From positions 1 through 24,757 of the forward strand of contig CAWBNQ010000013.1 in the NCBI GenBank assembly GCA_963790205.1: DNA of 24,757 nucleotides. Reading direction: 5' to 3'. The stretch's first letter is position 1; every line of letters begins with the position of its first letter. The notes under the pieces are model-generated. The model saw only the letters and a list, made by a program, of their open reading frames with translations, ran no database searches and had not been told where the DNA came from. The translations under genes and the position numbers were made by a program. The stretch comes from Nitrospirota bacterium. Lineage in GTDB: Bacteria > Nitrospirota > UBA9217. Positions 1 through 8,939 of this stretch are shown here, in pieces.

Positions 1-345
1 GGCTAGGGAGAACGCCCGGTCAACAAAGATGGGGTCGATCTGTTCGCTCTTGACGAATTCGTGTACCTCGATCATCCGGTTGCCTTCAGGAACGGCTTGT
101 TCAAGCTCCTCTGGAGCCATGATGAGATACTTTCCCTCCTCCACCTCAAACCCTTTGGACTGCTCTTCCGCGAGCACTGGTTTTTTTTCATACGCACAGA
201 TCATCTGCTGGCGTAACCTCGCCTGATCGCGGCTATGAAGAAGGTGAAACTGGATCCGCTCTTCCCTGACAGCGCTATGAAGCTTCACGGCCACGTCCGT
301 GTCCCCAAAATGGATATAGCCTTTCCAGATCGTTGTTCCTGCCAT
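1..345 (-). CDS. ku: Ku (non-homologous end-joining DNA-end-binding) protein, N-terminal part; runs off the window edge
   Basis: Not in the ORF track; hand translation from ATG at 345 gives MAGTTIWKGYIHFGDTDVAVKLHSAVREERIQFHLLH...KGFEVEEGKYLIM...IEVHEFVKSEQIDPIFVDR, matching prokaryotic Ku (IWKG..FG..VKL, KGyE, FV..eIDP). GGAGG RBS lies upstream. Confidence 0.9.
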   Translation of the reverse strand, partial: MAGTTIWKGYIHFGDTDVAVKLHSAVREERIQFHLLHSRDQARLRQQMICAYEKKPVLAEEQSKGFEVEEGKYLIMAPEELEQAVPEGNRMIEVHEFVKSEQIDPIFVDRAFSLA

Positions 346-602
346 TGAAAATCCTCCCTAGAAGCAAAAGGGGACAATTAGAATCCCTATTTAGAAGGTA
401 CCACCAGAAAGCGCGTGCGTCAACGGCGCCCATTTATACGCATTGCGATAATTGATACGAAGGTTGCAGGAGATGGGCGACTCCACCCTGGACAAAGGCC
501 ACGAACAAAATAAAATTTTTTGCTCTTTGTCTGGTTCCATTCTCGAGGGAAGCCGGATGAAGATGAAGGAATCCTTTTTACCTGCTTTTTCTTTGCAGCT
601 CG

Positions 603-644
603 ACCCGATGGGCCGATCGGGTAAGGCGATTTTTCTGCTATAAT
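603..644 (+). promoter_or_regulatory. Extended -10 promoter (TGcTATAAT 636-644) with a 7-bp inverted repeat in the -35 region, upstream of the DoxX gene
   Basis: TGCTATAAT at 636-644; ACCCGAT-N6-ATCGGGT at 603-622. Confidence 0.4.
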
Positions 645-821
645 GTTGGATAAACTTATATCGGTAAAGTACTGCAAAACTTGACCAAAGAGGCCACGGA
701 GAAAGAATCTTTTAGCATCGCAGAGACCTCTGAAAATACCCAATCGGTTTTTCACAAATGCTCCTTCAACATTTTCCCGGTGCCTCTGCTGCGATTTTAA
801 TAATAATTGGAGGTTACTCAC

Positions 822-1208
822 ATGAAATGGCTTACTAATTACACGGACCACATTTACGCCTTGATGCGGATCGTGGCGGGGTTCATGTTTTCGTTCCACG
901 GCGCCCAGAAGGTCCTGGGGATCCTTTCGGATTTCCAGCCGGCGATAGGGTCCCAGCTCTGGATCGGCGGGGTCATCGAACTTGTTGCCGGGCTGGCGGT
1001 GATGCTCGGGTATCAGACGCGCGCAGCCGCTTTCCTCTGCAGCGGCGAGATGGCGGTTGCCTATGTTCAGTTTCACTGGAAGCTCCAGCTGGGACCTAAC
1101 TTCTTCCCGGCATTAAACAAAGGCGAGTTGGCCGCCCTTTACTCTTTTGTGTTTCTCTACATTGCCTCCGGCGGCGGAATCAAGTGGAGGCTGGACAAGA
1201 CAAACTAA
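822..1208 (+). CDS. DoxX family membrane protein
   Basis: MRIVAGFMFSFHGAQK, GVIELVAG, G..TR.AAF, GEMAVAY, NKGELA motifs; GGAGG RBS before ATG 822. Confidence 0.9.
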   Translation: MKWLTNYTDHIYALMRIVAGFMFSFHGAQKVLGILSDFQPAIGSQLWIGGVIELVAGLAVMLGYQTRAAAFLCSGEMAVAYVQFHWKLQLGPNFFPALNKGELAALYSFVFLYIASGGGIKWRLDKTN

Positions 1209-1287
1209 GAGAGGAACACAGCCAACTGGAGCTTACGTGTGCCGCACAGGTCTCCCGGCTTTGAATGATGAAAAATTTCTATCTCCC

Positions 1288-1318
1288 TTGACCACCTTGT
1301 TATAAATTGCGCTATACT
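1288..1318 (+). promoter_or_regulatory. Possible sigma70 promoter for the 1445-8919 gene cluster
   Basis: TTGACC (1288-1293) and TATACT (1313-1318) in AT-rich context; the 19-bp spacer is non-optimal. Confidence 0.35.
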
Positions 1319-1444
1319 AATTATTAAGGATTAAAAATAAAATTTGGCGTGACAAACGCTTTCGCCGGGGTTCCGCTTTAGGTTGCCCACGGAACAACCA
1401 AGGATGAGGGTATCGAACTCTTCGGCGAAGAAAGGCTGACGAAC

Positions 1445-2284
1445 ATGAAGCTCATTCGGTTGTTAATTGTTCTTGTAGGTGCAACGGTATTGTTCTCCAG
1501 GGGAGTAAGTGCCCAGGAAGGGAAAGTGTATTCTATCGCCATCGTGCCCCAGGGCCAGGCCGTCGAAATCGCACAGAACTGGGTTCCGTTCGTGCAAATG
1601 GTTTCCAAGGAGGCGGGCATAACCCTTCAGGTCGTAACGTATTACGCCTCGCACTCGGAGTTCGAAGCCGATGTTAAGAACGGGGTGCCTGACTTCGCCT
1701 ATATGAACCCCTACACGGTAGTGCTGGCGCACCGTGAGCAGAAATACATCCCTCTGATCACGGATAAAACGCCCTTGATCGGCGTCCTCGTCGCGAATAA
1801 GAATACAAAGATCAATTCGGTACATGATCTGAATGGAAAGGTGCTCGCCTTTCCCTCCGTCACCTCGTTCGGGGCCTCCCTCTATATGCGGGCGCTTCTG
1901 ACGAACAAAGAGCACATTCATTTTACACCCAAGTACGTGCAGAGCCATGACAACGTCTACCGGTACGTCATGCTCGGCATGGCGGCTGCCGGCGGGGGAG
2001 TTAACGACACCCTAAATAAACAACCGGAGGCGGTCCGGAACCAGCTGAAGATCATCTATCAGACGCCTCCCACGCCGGAACATGCGCTGGTAGTGCATCC
2101 AAGGGTCCCCGAAAGCGTACGGGAAAAAGTGCTAAAGGCGATCTTGAAGATCTGGCACGACCCGGCGGGTAAAGCCGCGCTGAAAAAGATCCAGATCGAC
2201 GAGCCCGTGACAACGGATTACGCAAAAGACTACGCCCCCTTGGCAAAACTCGGCCTCGAGAAGTTCATGAAAGAGTCCGAGTAA
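1445..2284 (+). CDS. PhnD/PtxB-like (phosphate/phosphite/phosphonate-type) periplasmic substrate-binding protein
   Basis: Signal peptide (VSA|QE); IVPQ, W.P, DFAYMNPY, DLNGKVLAFP, SHDNVY..V..G, H.LVVHPRVP features of the Phosphonate-bd family. Confidence 0.85.
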   Translation: MKLIRLLIVLVGATVLFSRGVSAQEGKVYSIAIVPQGQAVEIAQNWVPFVQMVSKEAGITLQVVTYYASHSEFEADVKNGVPDFAYMNPYTVVLAHREQKYIPLITDKTPLIGVLVANKNTKINSVHDLNGKVLAFPSVTSFGASLYMRALLTNKEHIHFTPKYVQSHDNVYRYVMLGMAAAGGGVNDTLNKQPEAVRNQLKIIYQTPPTPEHALVVHPRVPESVREKVLKAILKIWHDPAGKAALKKIQIDEPVTTDYAKDYAPLAKLGLEKFMKESE

Positions 2285-2286
2285 CA

Positions 2287-3105
2287 GTGAGGGCACAAGA
2301 CAAAGGCGATCCGGCACCGATGCAGACTGATGCGGAGGAGATGCTCACTCCGCTCGCGGAGATCGCGAGGGAGGCGGGGGCGGCGATCCTGGAGGTCTAC
2401 GGTTCCGAGATCATTGTCGAGCAAAAAGAGGACAAGAGCCCGCTGACACTCGCGGATAAACGATCCCACGACATTATCACGAAGCGGTTGCAAGAGCGGT
2501 CGCCTTTTCCGATCTTGAGCGAAGAAGGGAAAGGCTTGACGTTCGAGGAACGGCGGCAGTGGGAGTACTACTGGCTCGTCGATCCCCTGGACGGCACCAA
2601 GGAGTTCGTGAAGCGTGGCGGGGATTTCACCGTCAATATCGCTCTTATGCATCGGGACCGGCCGATCGTCGGCGTGATCCTGGTCCCCGTGACCGGCGTG
2701 CTCTACCACGCAGCAGCCGGCGCCGGCTCCTACCGGATTCTGCAAGGGGCAAGAGAACGGCTCCCGATCAAAACAGGGCGGTCCGGGATGACCGTTGTCG
2801 GAAGCCGCTCTCACGTGACCAAGGAACTGGAACAGTACATTGGTGAAATGAAGAACAAGTACGGCGAGATCGACGTGGTTTCAGCGGGAAGTTCCCTCAA
2901 GTTCTGCATGATCGCAGAGGGCAGCGCGGACGTCTATCCCCGGCTCGGTCCCACCATGGAGTGGGACACCGCGGCAGGCCAGATCATCGTTGAAGAGGCC
3001 GGCGGAAAGGTCGTTGACTTCGAAACAAGAAGGCCGCTCCGGTACAATAAGGAAAATCTGCTGAACCCCTTTTTTCTGGCCTACCGGGGGAACGTTACTG
3101 AATGA
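2287..3105 (+). CDS. cysQ: 3'(2'),5'-bisphosphate nucleotidase (PAP phosphatase) CysQ; start codon uncertain (2287, 2320 or 2341)
   Basis: KEDKSPLTLAD, LSEE, WLVDPLDGTKEF, FTVNIAL, SRSH, GSSLKFC, YPRLGPTMEWDTAAG motifs. Confidence 0.95.
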   Translation: MRAQDKGDPAPMQTDAEEMLTPLAEIAREAGAAILEVYGSEIIVEQKEDKSPLTLADKRSHDIITKRLQERSPFPILSEEGKGLTFEERRQWEYYWLVDPLDGTKEFVKRGGDFTVNIALMHRDRPIVGVILVPVTGVLYHAAAGAGSYRILQGARERLPIKTGRSGMTVVGSRSHVTKELEQYIGEMKNKYGEIDVVSAGSSLKFCMIAEGSADVYPRLGPTMEWDTAAGQIIVEEAGGKVVDFETRRPLRYNKENLLNPFFLAYRGNVTE

Positions 3106-3106
3106 T

Positions 3107-4861
3107 ATGACTATGACCAATATCTCAGAACCAAAACAGAATGCACATTTGATATCACCGTACGGCGGAACACTCGTGAACCTTGTCGTAGACGCTGCGC
3201 GACGGCTCGAGATTACCGAGAAAGCCAAGTTCCTGCCGTCCCTCCAAGTCTCGTATCGCACCCAGTGCGATCTGGACCTCCTTGCCGTCGGGGCACTGTC
3301 CCCGCTCGACCGTTTCATGGGGGAAAAGGACTATCGGTCCGTCCTGGCCGGCATGAGATTGGCAAACGGGATACTCTTCCCCATTCCGATCACGCTACCG
3401 GTGGATGACCCAAAAGGCATCGCGATCGGAAACGAGATCGTCCTCCGGAGCACGGAGAACAGCATCCTGGCGATCATGAAGGTCGAGGAGCTCTACGCTT
3501 GGAACCTCGAAGAAGAGGCCATGGCCGTCGCCGGGACCATGGATTCGCGCCACGCCCTGGTCTCGGAGATGTACACGTGGGGGAAGTACTATATCTCGGG
3601 CCCACTCGTCCTGCCCCACCTCCCCCGGTATTACGACTTCCCCGAGCTGCGCAAAACACCTGCTGAGGTGAGGGAGATCCTGGCGCACATGGGCTACGAC
3701 AACGTGATCGGCTTTCAACCGAGCCACCCCATGCACCGTTCGCACGAAGCGTTGACCATGAAATCCATGAAGGACCTGAACGGGTCGCTGCTGATCCATG
3801 CCGTGGTCGGAATGACAAAACGGGGGTACATCGACGACTATACCCGGGTGCGGTGTTATCAGGCGCTGGTGAACAAGTATTACGACCGGCAACGGACTCT
3901 CCTGAGCCTGCTGCCCATGGCCGTCAGGATGGCGGGGCCCCGCGCGGCGCTTTGGCACGGCATCATCAATCGGAATTACGGGGTGAACCATCTCATCGTC
4001 GGGCGGGACAACGTGATCCCCGGCAAGGACGGCCAGGGCAAACATTTTTACGATATCTATCACATCCAGAAAATGTTCAAGGAGCACGAGAAAGAGATCG
4101 GCGTCACCCTCATCCCTTTCAGGAAGATGGTCTACGTTCCCACCGACGATATTTACGAGGACGAAGAGCTCGTCACCCGGGAACAAAAACAGTACGTTTC
4201 CATTTCCGGCACCAAGGTCATCGAGGATTCCTGGGTCAGCGAGCAGAAGCTCCCGGAGTGGTTCACGCGGCCGGAGATAGCCCGTATCCTACACGAGGTG
4301 AACCCGCCGAAGACTAAGCGGGGTTTCTGCGTCTGGCTCACCGGCCTGCCGAGCGCTGGCAAGTCCACCATCGCAGACATTCTTGCGCCCATGCTGATGG
4401 CCAAAGGCAAGAAAGTGACCATGCTGGACGGTGACCGCGTGCGGACGCATCTGACGAAGGGGCTCAGCTTTACCAAGGATGACAGGATCACAAATATTCT
4501 CCGGGTGGGATTTGTGGCAGCGGAGGTTGTGAAGCACAACGGCGTCGCGCTCTGCGCGCTCATCAGCCCGTACACCGTTGCACGAGACAAGATCCGCGCC
4601 ATGATCGGAGACGACAAGTTCATGGAGGTTTTCATCGACACGCCCCTGGAGGTCTGCGAAACGCGAGATGTGAAGGGCATGTATGCCCTGGCGAAAAAGG
4701 GCATCATCAAGGGCTTCACCGGCATCGACGATCCCTATGAAATGCCCCGGGCTCCGGAGCTTGTCATCAACACCGTCGAGTCTTCGCCCGAGGAAAGCGC
4801 TAGAAAGATCTTTCATCATCTCGTCGAAAAAGGCTTTGTGAAAACGGGAGACGGAGTGTAA
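3107..4861 (+). CDS. cysC: Sat-CysC fusion: ATP-sulfurylase-fold N-domain with degenerate active-site motifs plus an intact adenylyl-sulfate (APS) kinase
   Basis: PYGG.LV, G.LSPL..FM, PIPITL, HRSHE, NYG, GRD, ISGT in the N-domain. C-domain has WLTGLPSAGKST, LDGD, LISPY, RDVKGMY, FTGIDDPYE. Confidence 0.92.
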   Translation: MTMTNISEPKQNAHLISPYGGTLVNLVVDAARRLEITEKAKFLPSLQVSYRTQCDLDLLAVGALSPLDRFMGEKDYRSVLAGMRLANGILFPIPITLPVDDPKGIAIGNEIVLRSTENSILAIMKVEELYAWNLEEEAMAVAGTMDSRHALVSEMYTWGKYYISGPLVLPHLPRYYDFPELRKTPAEVREILAHMGYDNVIGFQPSHPMHRSHEALTMKSMKDLNGSLLIHAVVGMTKRGYIDDYTRVRCYQALVNKYYDRQRTLLSLLPMAVRMAGPRAALWHGIINRNYGVNHLIVGRDNVIPGKDGQGKHFYDIYHIQKMFKEHEKEIGVTLIPFRKMVYVPTDDIYEDEELVTREQKQYVSISGTKVIEDSWVSEQKLPEWFTRPEIARILHEVNPPKTKRGFCVWLTGLPSAGKSTIADILAPMLMAKGKKVTMLDGDRVRTHLTKGLSFTKDDRITNILRVGFVAAEVVKHNGVALCALISPYTVARDKIRAMIGDDKFMEVFIDTPLEVCETRDVKGMYALAKKGIIKGFTGIDDPYEMPRAPELVINTVESSPEESARKIFHHLVEKGFVKTGDGV

Positions 4862-4865
4862 TGCC

Positions 4866-6122
4866 ATGACTACGATCAAGCAAGAAGCACCTGTCCCACA
4901 GCCTGAGCTGGCCGGCGCGTTCGGTCCCGTTTCACTCTTGACGCTGTTTACGGCCTTCCTGAAGATCGGCAGCACTGCGTTCGGGGGGTTCATGTCCATG
5001 ATCTCGGTGGTCCAGAATTACGCCGTGGATCGCAAGAAGTGGATCAAACAAGAGGACATGCTCGACGGCATTTCGCTCGCCACGATCCTGCCCGGACCTA
5101 CGTCGTTCAAGGTCATCGTCTTCGTAGGGCTACAAGGTGCGGGGGTGGATCGGCGCGCTTGTCACCGGGTATCGCCGTCATGATCCCGTCGTTCCTCCTG
5201 CTCATCGTCCTGACCTACGCGTATTACACTTACGGACACCTGCCTGCCGTGGGCTCGTTCTTTAAGGGGTTCAGGCCGGCCGTCACCGCCATCATCCTGG
5301 CAGCCGTGTGGAGCATGAGCGTAAAGACCGTCAAGGGCGTGCCCGAAGGCCTGCTTGCGGTTGCGGCGTTCATCCTGCTGCTCACCGTGCGCGGCTTTTT
5401 CATCACTGCCGGGATCGTTGCAGGCGGAGGCATCGCGGGATGGCTCTTGTTCCGCAAACCTTCAACGGCGCCAGCGGAAAGCGGGCACAAGACCGGCACG
5501 GGACGCTCAAAAAAATCCGACGATGATACGCCGGGGATGAAGCCCTCGGCTCACGCCGTGGCCGTGGCAATGACCGGAGCAGCGCCGCTCTTGAGCCTGA
5601 ACGTCGCAATGGCCTTCAAGCTCTTCACCATCTTTGCCGGTATGAGCGTGCTGCTCTTCGGCGGCAGCTACGTGTTCATCCCGGTGATGCAGCGCATCAT
5701 CGTCGACGGGTACGGCTGGGTGACCCGCCAGGAGTTCATCGACGCGGTCGCACTCGGGCAGGTGACGCCCGGCCCCAACCTGATCAGCGCGGCCTTCATC
5801 GGCTTCAAGGTGGCCGGGCTTCTGGGCGCGGCCGCAGCCACGGCCGGGATCTTCACGCCGCCTGCGATCATCATGCTCGTCTGCTATCAGTATCTCGATC
5901 GGATCAAAAAATCGGCAACGATCAAGGCGGCGCTTCATGGCGTCCACTCCTGTGTGATCGGCATGGTCGCGGCCGCCGGCGTGGTGGTGGCGCGCACGGC
6001 CGAGCCGAACGTGGCCTCCCTGCTGATCTTCGGGGCCGCGCTCGCTCGCTCTCCTGCGGTACAAGGTGGACGTGGTCTGGGTCATCCCGATCGCCGGCGT
6101 TGTCGGTCTTGTCTTGTACTGA
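4866..6122 (+). CDS. chrA: Long-chain (bidomain) CHR/ChrA chromate/oxyanion transporter, interrupted by three +1 frameshifts (~5128, ~5168, ~6045)
   Basis: Two homologous halves with FGG..(20-30 aa)..PGP motifs (AFGG...LPGP; LFGG...TPGP). Removing one base at each site restores FVGYKVRGWIGALVTGIAVMIPSF and ALLRYKVDVVWVIPIAGVVGLVLY-stop (TGA 6120-6122), about 417 aa. Confidence 0.88.
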
Positions 6123-6201
6123 ATTCAGCCGGTTATGGTATCATAAGACAACATGTGAATGACCGTCTGCCTTTCATGACGGCCGCCCGAGGACAATATC
6201 T

Positions 6202-7217
6202 ATGATGCCTGTTTTCATGATCGGAACGCGACGCTCCGGGTCGAATCTTCTTCGCCTGATGATCAACCAGTTGCCCGAGGTCGCAGCCCCGCACCCGCCC
6301 GACATCCTCCAACGCATGATGCCGCTGGTGCCACTGTACGGGAACCTGAACGACCCCAAGATCTTCTACCAGCTCGTCGACGACGTTTGCAGACTCGTGG
6401 AACTGGATCCGGTGCCGTGGGAGGGGGTCACGCTCAACCGGAACGACGTGGCGTCCCGCTGCTTCCGGCATGAACCTCGTTGCCGTGTACGGCGCGGTGT
6501 ACGACATCTATGCCGAGAGCCGGGGCGCGAAGACGTGGTGTTGCAAGAGCCTCGCCAATATCAATTACGTCAAGGAGATCGAGGACTATTTCAAAAAACC
6601 GAAATTCATCCACCTCTTCCGGGACGGGCGCGACGTGGCCGTCTCGTTCCAGAAGACCGTGGTGGGGGAGAAACACTTCTATCACATTGCCAAGGATTGG
6701 GTGCGCACGCAGGAGATCGCGCTCAGGCTGCGGGACACCCTCGAGCCGGCGCCGGTTCATGAGCGTCCGCTACGAGGACCTGATCGCCGATTCCGAGTCG
6801 ATCGCGCGCAAGGTCTGCGCCTTTCTCGCCCTGCCGACCTGTCCGGTCATGGCCATGCTCGATTTCTACGAGACCGACGAGGCGAAACGTACTGCCCAGG
6901 CCAGCGGGCCGCAATGGGGCAACGTGGCCAGCCCGGTGATGAAGAACAATACGCGCAAATTCCTCAGCCAGGCGAGCGAGCATGACATCCGCATCTTCGA
7001 GTCCGTGGCAGGCCCCATGCTGGATGCTCTGGGCTACGACCGAGTTTTTGTGAAGCACGGGGAGGAAATCAGGTTCACGGAAGCGGAGATCGCCGCTTTC
7101 GACGCGGAAAACGATCGGATGAAAAAAGAGGTCATGAAAAAAATCGATCCCAAGGACCTGGAGCGCCGGAAAGGCCAAGAGGCCCTCCTTAGGGAGATCC
7201 AAGACCGTTTTGCATAA
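6202..7217 (+). CDS. PAPS-dependent sulfotransferase (Sulfotransfer_3-like), interrupted by two +1 frameshifts (~6463, ~6753)
   Basis: 5'-PSB loop IGTRRSGSNLL in the frame of 6202; WCCKS and 3'-PB motif HLFRDGRDVAVS in the frame of 6470; VRYEDL..CAFL and FESVAG..L..LGY in the frame of 6480. Confidence 0.88.
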
Positions 7218-7290
7218 ATCGAATTCCATACCAACTGGGCCAGTGCGGCAAAGCACACCGGGGTCCCCAAGAAGACATGATCGACAACAA

Positions 7291-8919
7291 GTGTTCCGCC
7301 TAAGGACTTCTAAAATTGTTTTTTCCGTGTTCTCCCTAAGCCTGCCCCTTCTCGTTCTAATGCTCTCCGTATGTCGCGCTGCCTTTGCAGACGAAAGTTT
7401 TTCCCTCTGGCACGGGAGCCAGCGTATTTCCTACGAAACAGTGAGCCTGTCCGGAAATGAGCGCATGGGCCTTGCCGGCATTCATTATCTCCTGGACGTC
7501 ACTCCTCGTTTGTATGCAGGCCTGGGACTCTTCGGCGCCGTCACCGGGAACCGCGGCGGGTTCTTCTCGGGCGGGTTTGAAGCCGGCCTGAGGCAGCCCC
7601 TTGCCGGCGCCTTTTCTCTCGACACCGGGCTCTTCGTCGGCGGTGGCGGCGGAAGAAGCGCTCCCCAAGGCGGAGGTCTGATGGTCCGTCCGCATCTTGG
7701 CCTTCTCTACGACGCGGAAGTCGTACGCCTTGCCCTCGTGTACGCACTTATCGACTTTCCAAACGGCGCGATCCGGTCCGATCATCCTGTTTTCTATCTC
7801 GACATCCCATTTGACGCGCTGAGCATTGCACCGGAACGTCCCGGGGACCTGGCGGCCCTTCTGGACGAAGCGTCCCTGGCTGCAAACCGGCCGATCATAT
7901 TCAACCGGGAGCGCGTCGCGGCGCGTTATACCGTCTATGCTACCCCTGGCGGGACCAGGGACCTTGGCGGAGGAGCAAAGACTGGCGAGATCCAGGTAAC
8001 CGGGATCGAATACACCAGGGACCTCGACGAGATAACGTACCTTTTCGTTGAGGCCTCGGGCGCCTCGGGCGGCCACGCCGACGGGTACGCAGAGATATTT
8101 TTCGGCGGGGGCGTCCACATGCCGGTGTACGGACGAAGCCTGTTCCTCGACAGCCGTGTCTCCGCCGGCGCCTCCGGCGGCGGCGGCGTGGACACGGGCG
8201 GTGGGGCTGCGGCGAAGGCGTCGCTCGGGCTGAAGTTTGCCCTCGGGGACGGTCTTTCAATCGATACCCGGGCAGGTTATGAAACCTCTGCAGGAAAATT
8301 CCACGCGAATCTTGTTGAGTTCGGCTTGGGCTATGCCCTGGATTCGGCGGCCTTCGGCAAAGGAGGCGCTCCTCGCGGTCCTGTTACAGATGAGTTGCAG
8401 CTCGATTCCTGGCGAACCCGCTTTTCCATTCAGCACTATAGCTCCAGAAAAAAATCCATGCGCAAAGACGGCGAAAACAGCACGATTTGGCTTCTCGGGG
8501 GAAAGCTCGATGAGTTTGTCGGCTCGGGGCCGTTTTACCTGACCGGCCAGGCGCAGAGCGCCATTGCCGGAGGGGCGGGCGGCTATTCCATCGGTCTCCT
8601 GGGTATCGGTTATCTGTCCGGACCCGTGGCCGAAACCGGCGTCCATGTCTTTGTTGAGGCCCTCGGAGGCGCGGCCGGAGGAGGCGGGTTGGATGTCGGA
8701 AGCGGCAGCGTGATAGAGCCCCAAGCCGGAGTGCTCTATGATGTCGGCAAGAGCTTTGGCGTCGAGGCGTCGATCGGAAAGATCAAGGCGCTCCATGGCG
8801 GCCTCGACAGCACGGCCGCGGGCGTCTGCGTTATCTACCGGTTCTCAACGCTTGGCAGGAACAGCAACGGCGCGGGAATCCCCTCCGCGCCGAACTCAAA
8901 CCTGATAACCCTGCACTAA
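7291..8919 (+). CDS. Gly-rich exported protein with three tandem outer-membrane beta-barrel-like repeats; start uncertain (GTG 7291 preferred)
   Basis: Signal-peptide-like N-terminus ending AFA|DE; alternating hydrophobic beta-strand pattern; three ~135-145 aa repeats ending LDIPF, LGYAL and VIYRF. Confidence 0.7.
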   Translation: MFRLRTSKIVFSVFSLSLPLLVLMLSVCRAAFADESFSLWHGSQRISYETVSLSGNERMGLAGIHYLLDVTPRLYAGLGLFGAVTGNRGGFFSGGFEAGLRQPLAGAFSLDTGLFVGGGGGRSAPQGGGLMVRPHLGLLYDAEVVRLALVYALIDFPNGAIRSDHPVFYLDIPFDALSIAPERPGDLAALLDEASLAANRPIIFNRERVAARYTVYATPGGTRDLGGGAKTGEIQVTGIEYTRDLDEITYLFVEASGASGGHADGYAEIFFGGGVHMPVYGRSLFLDSRVSAGASGGGGVDTGGGAAAKASLGLKFALGDGLSIDTRAGYETSAGKFHANLVEFGLGYALDSAAFGKGGAPRGPVTDELQLDSWRTRFSIQHYSSRKKSMRKDGENSTIWLLGGKLDEFVGSGPFYLTGQAQSAIAGGAGGYSIGLLGIGYLSGPVAETGVHVFVEALGGAAGGGGLDVGSGSVIEPQAGVLYDVGKSFGVEASIGKIKALHGGLDSTAAGVCVIYRFSTLGRNSNGAGIPSAPNSNLITLH

Positions 8920-8939
8920 TTTAATTTTTTCCTCAAAAC

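Noticed and set aside
420..1076. Long antisense and overlapping ORFs (e.g. 420-1076, 3395-4186, 7357-8118, 12310-13029, 20258-21115)
   Set aside because: Shadow frames of well-supported genes with no recognisable motifs.
5127..6755. Programmed ribosomal frameshifting or phase variation in chrA and the sulfotransferase
   Set aside because: No slippery heptamers or long homopolymers, and five independent sites make recoding implausible.
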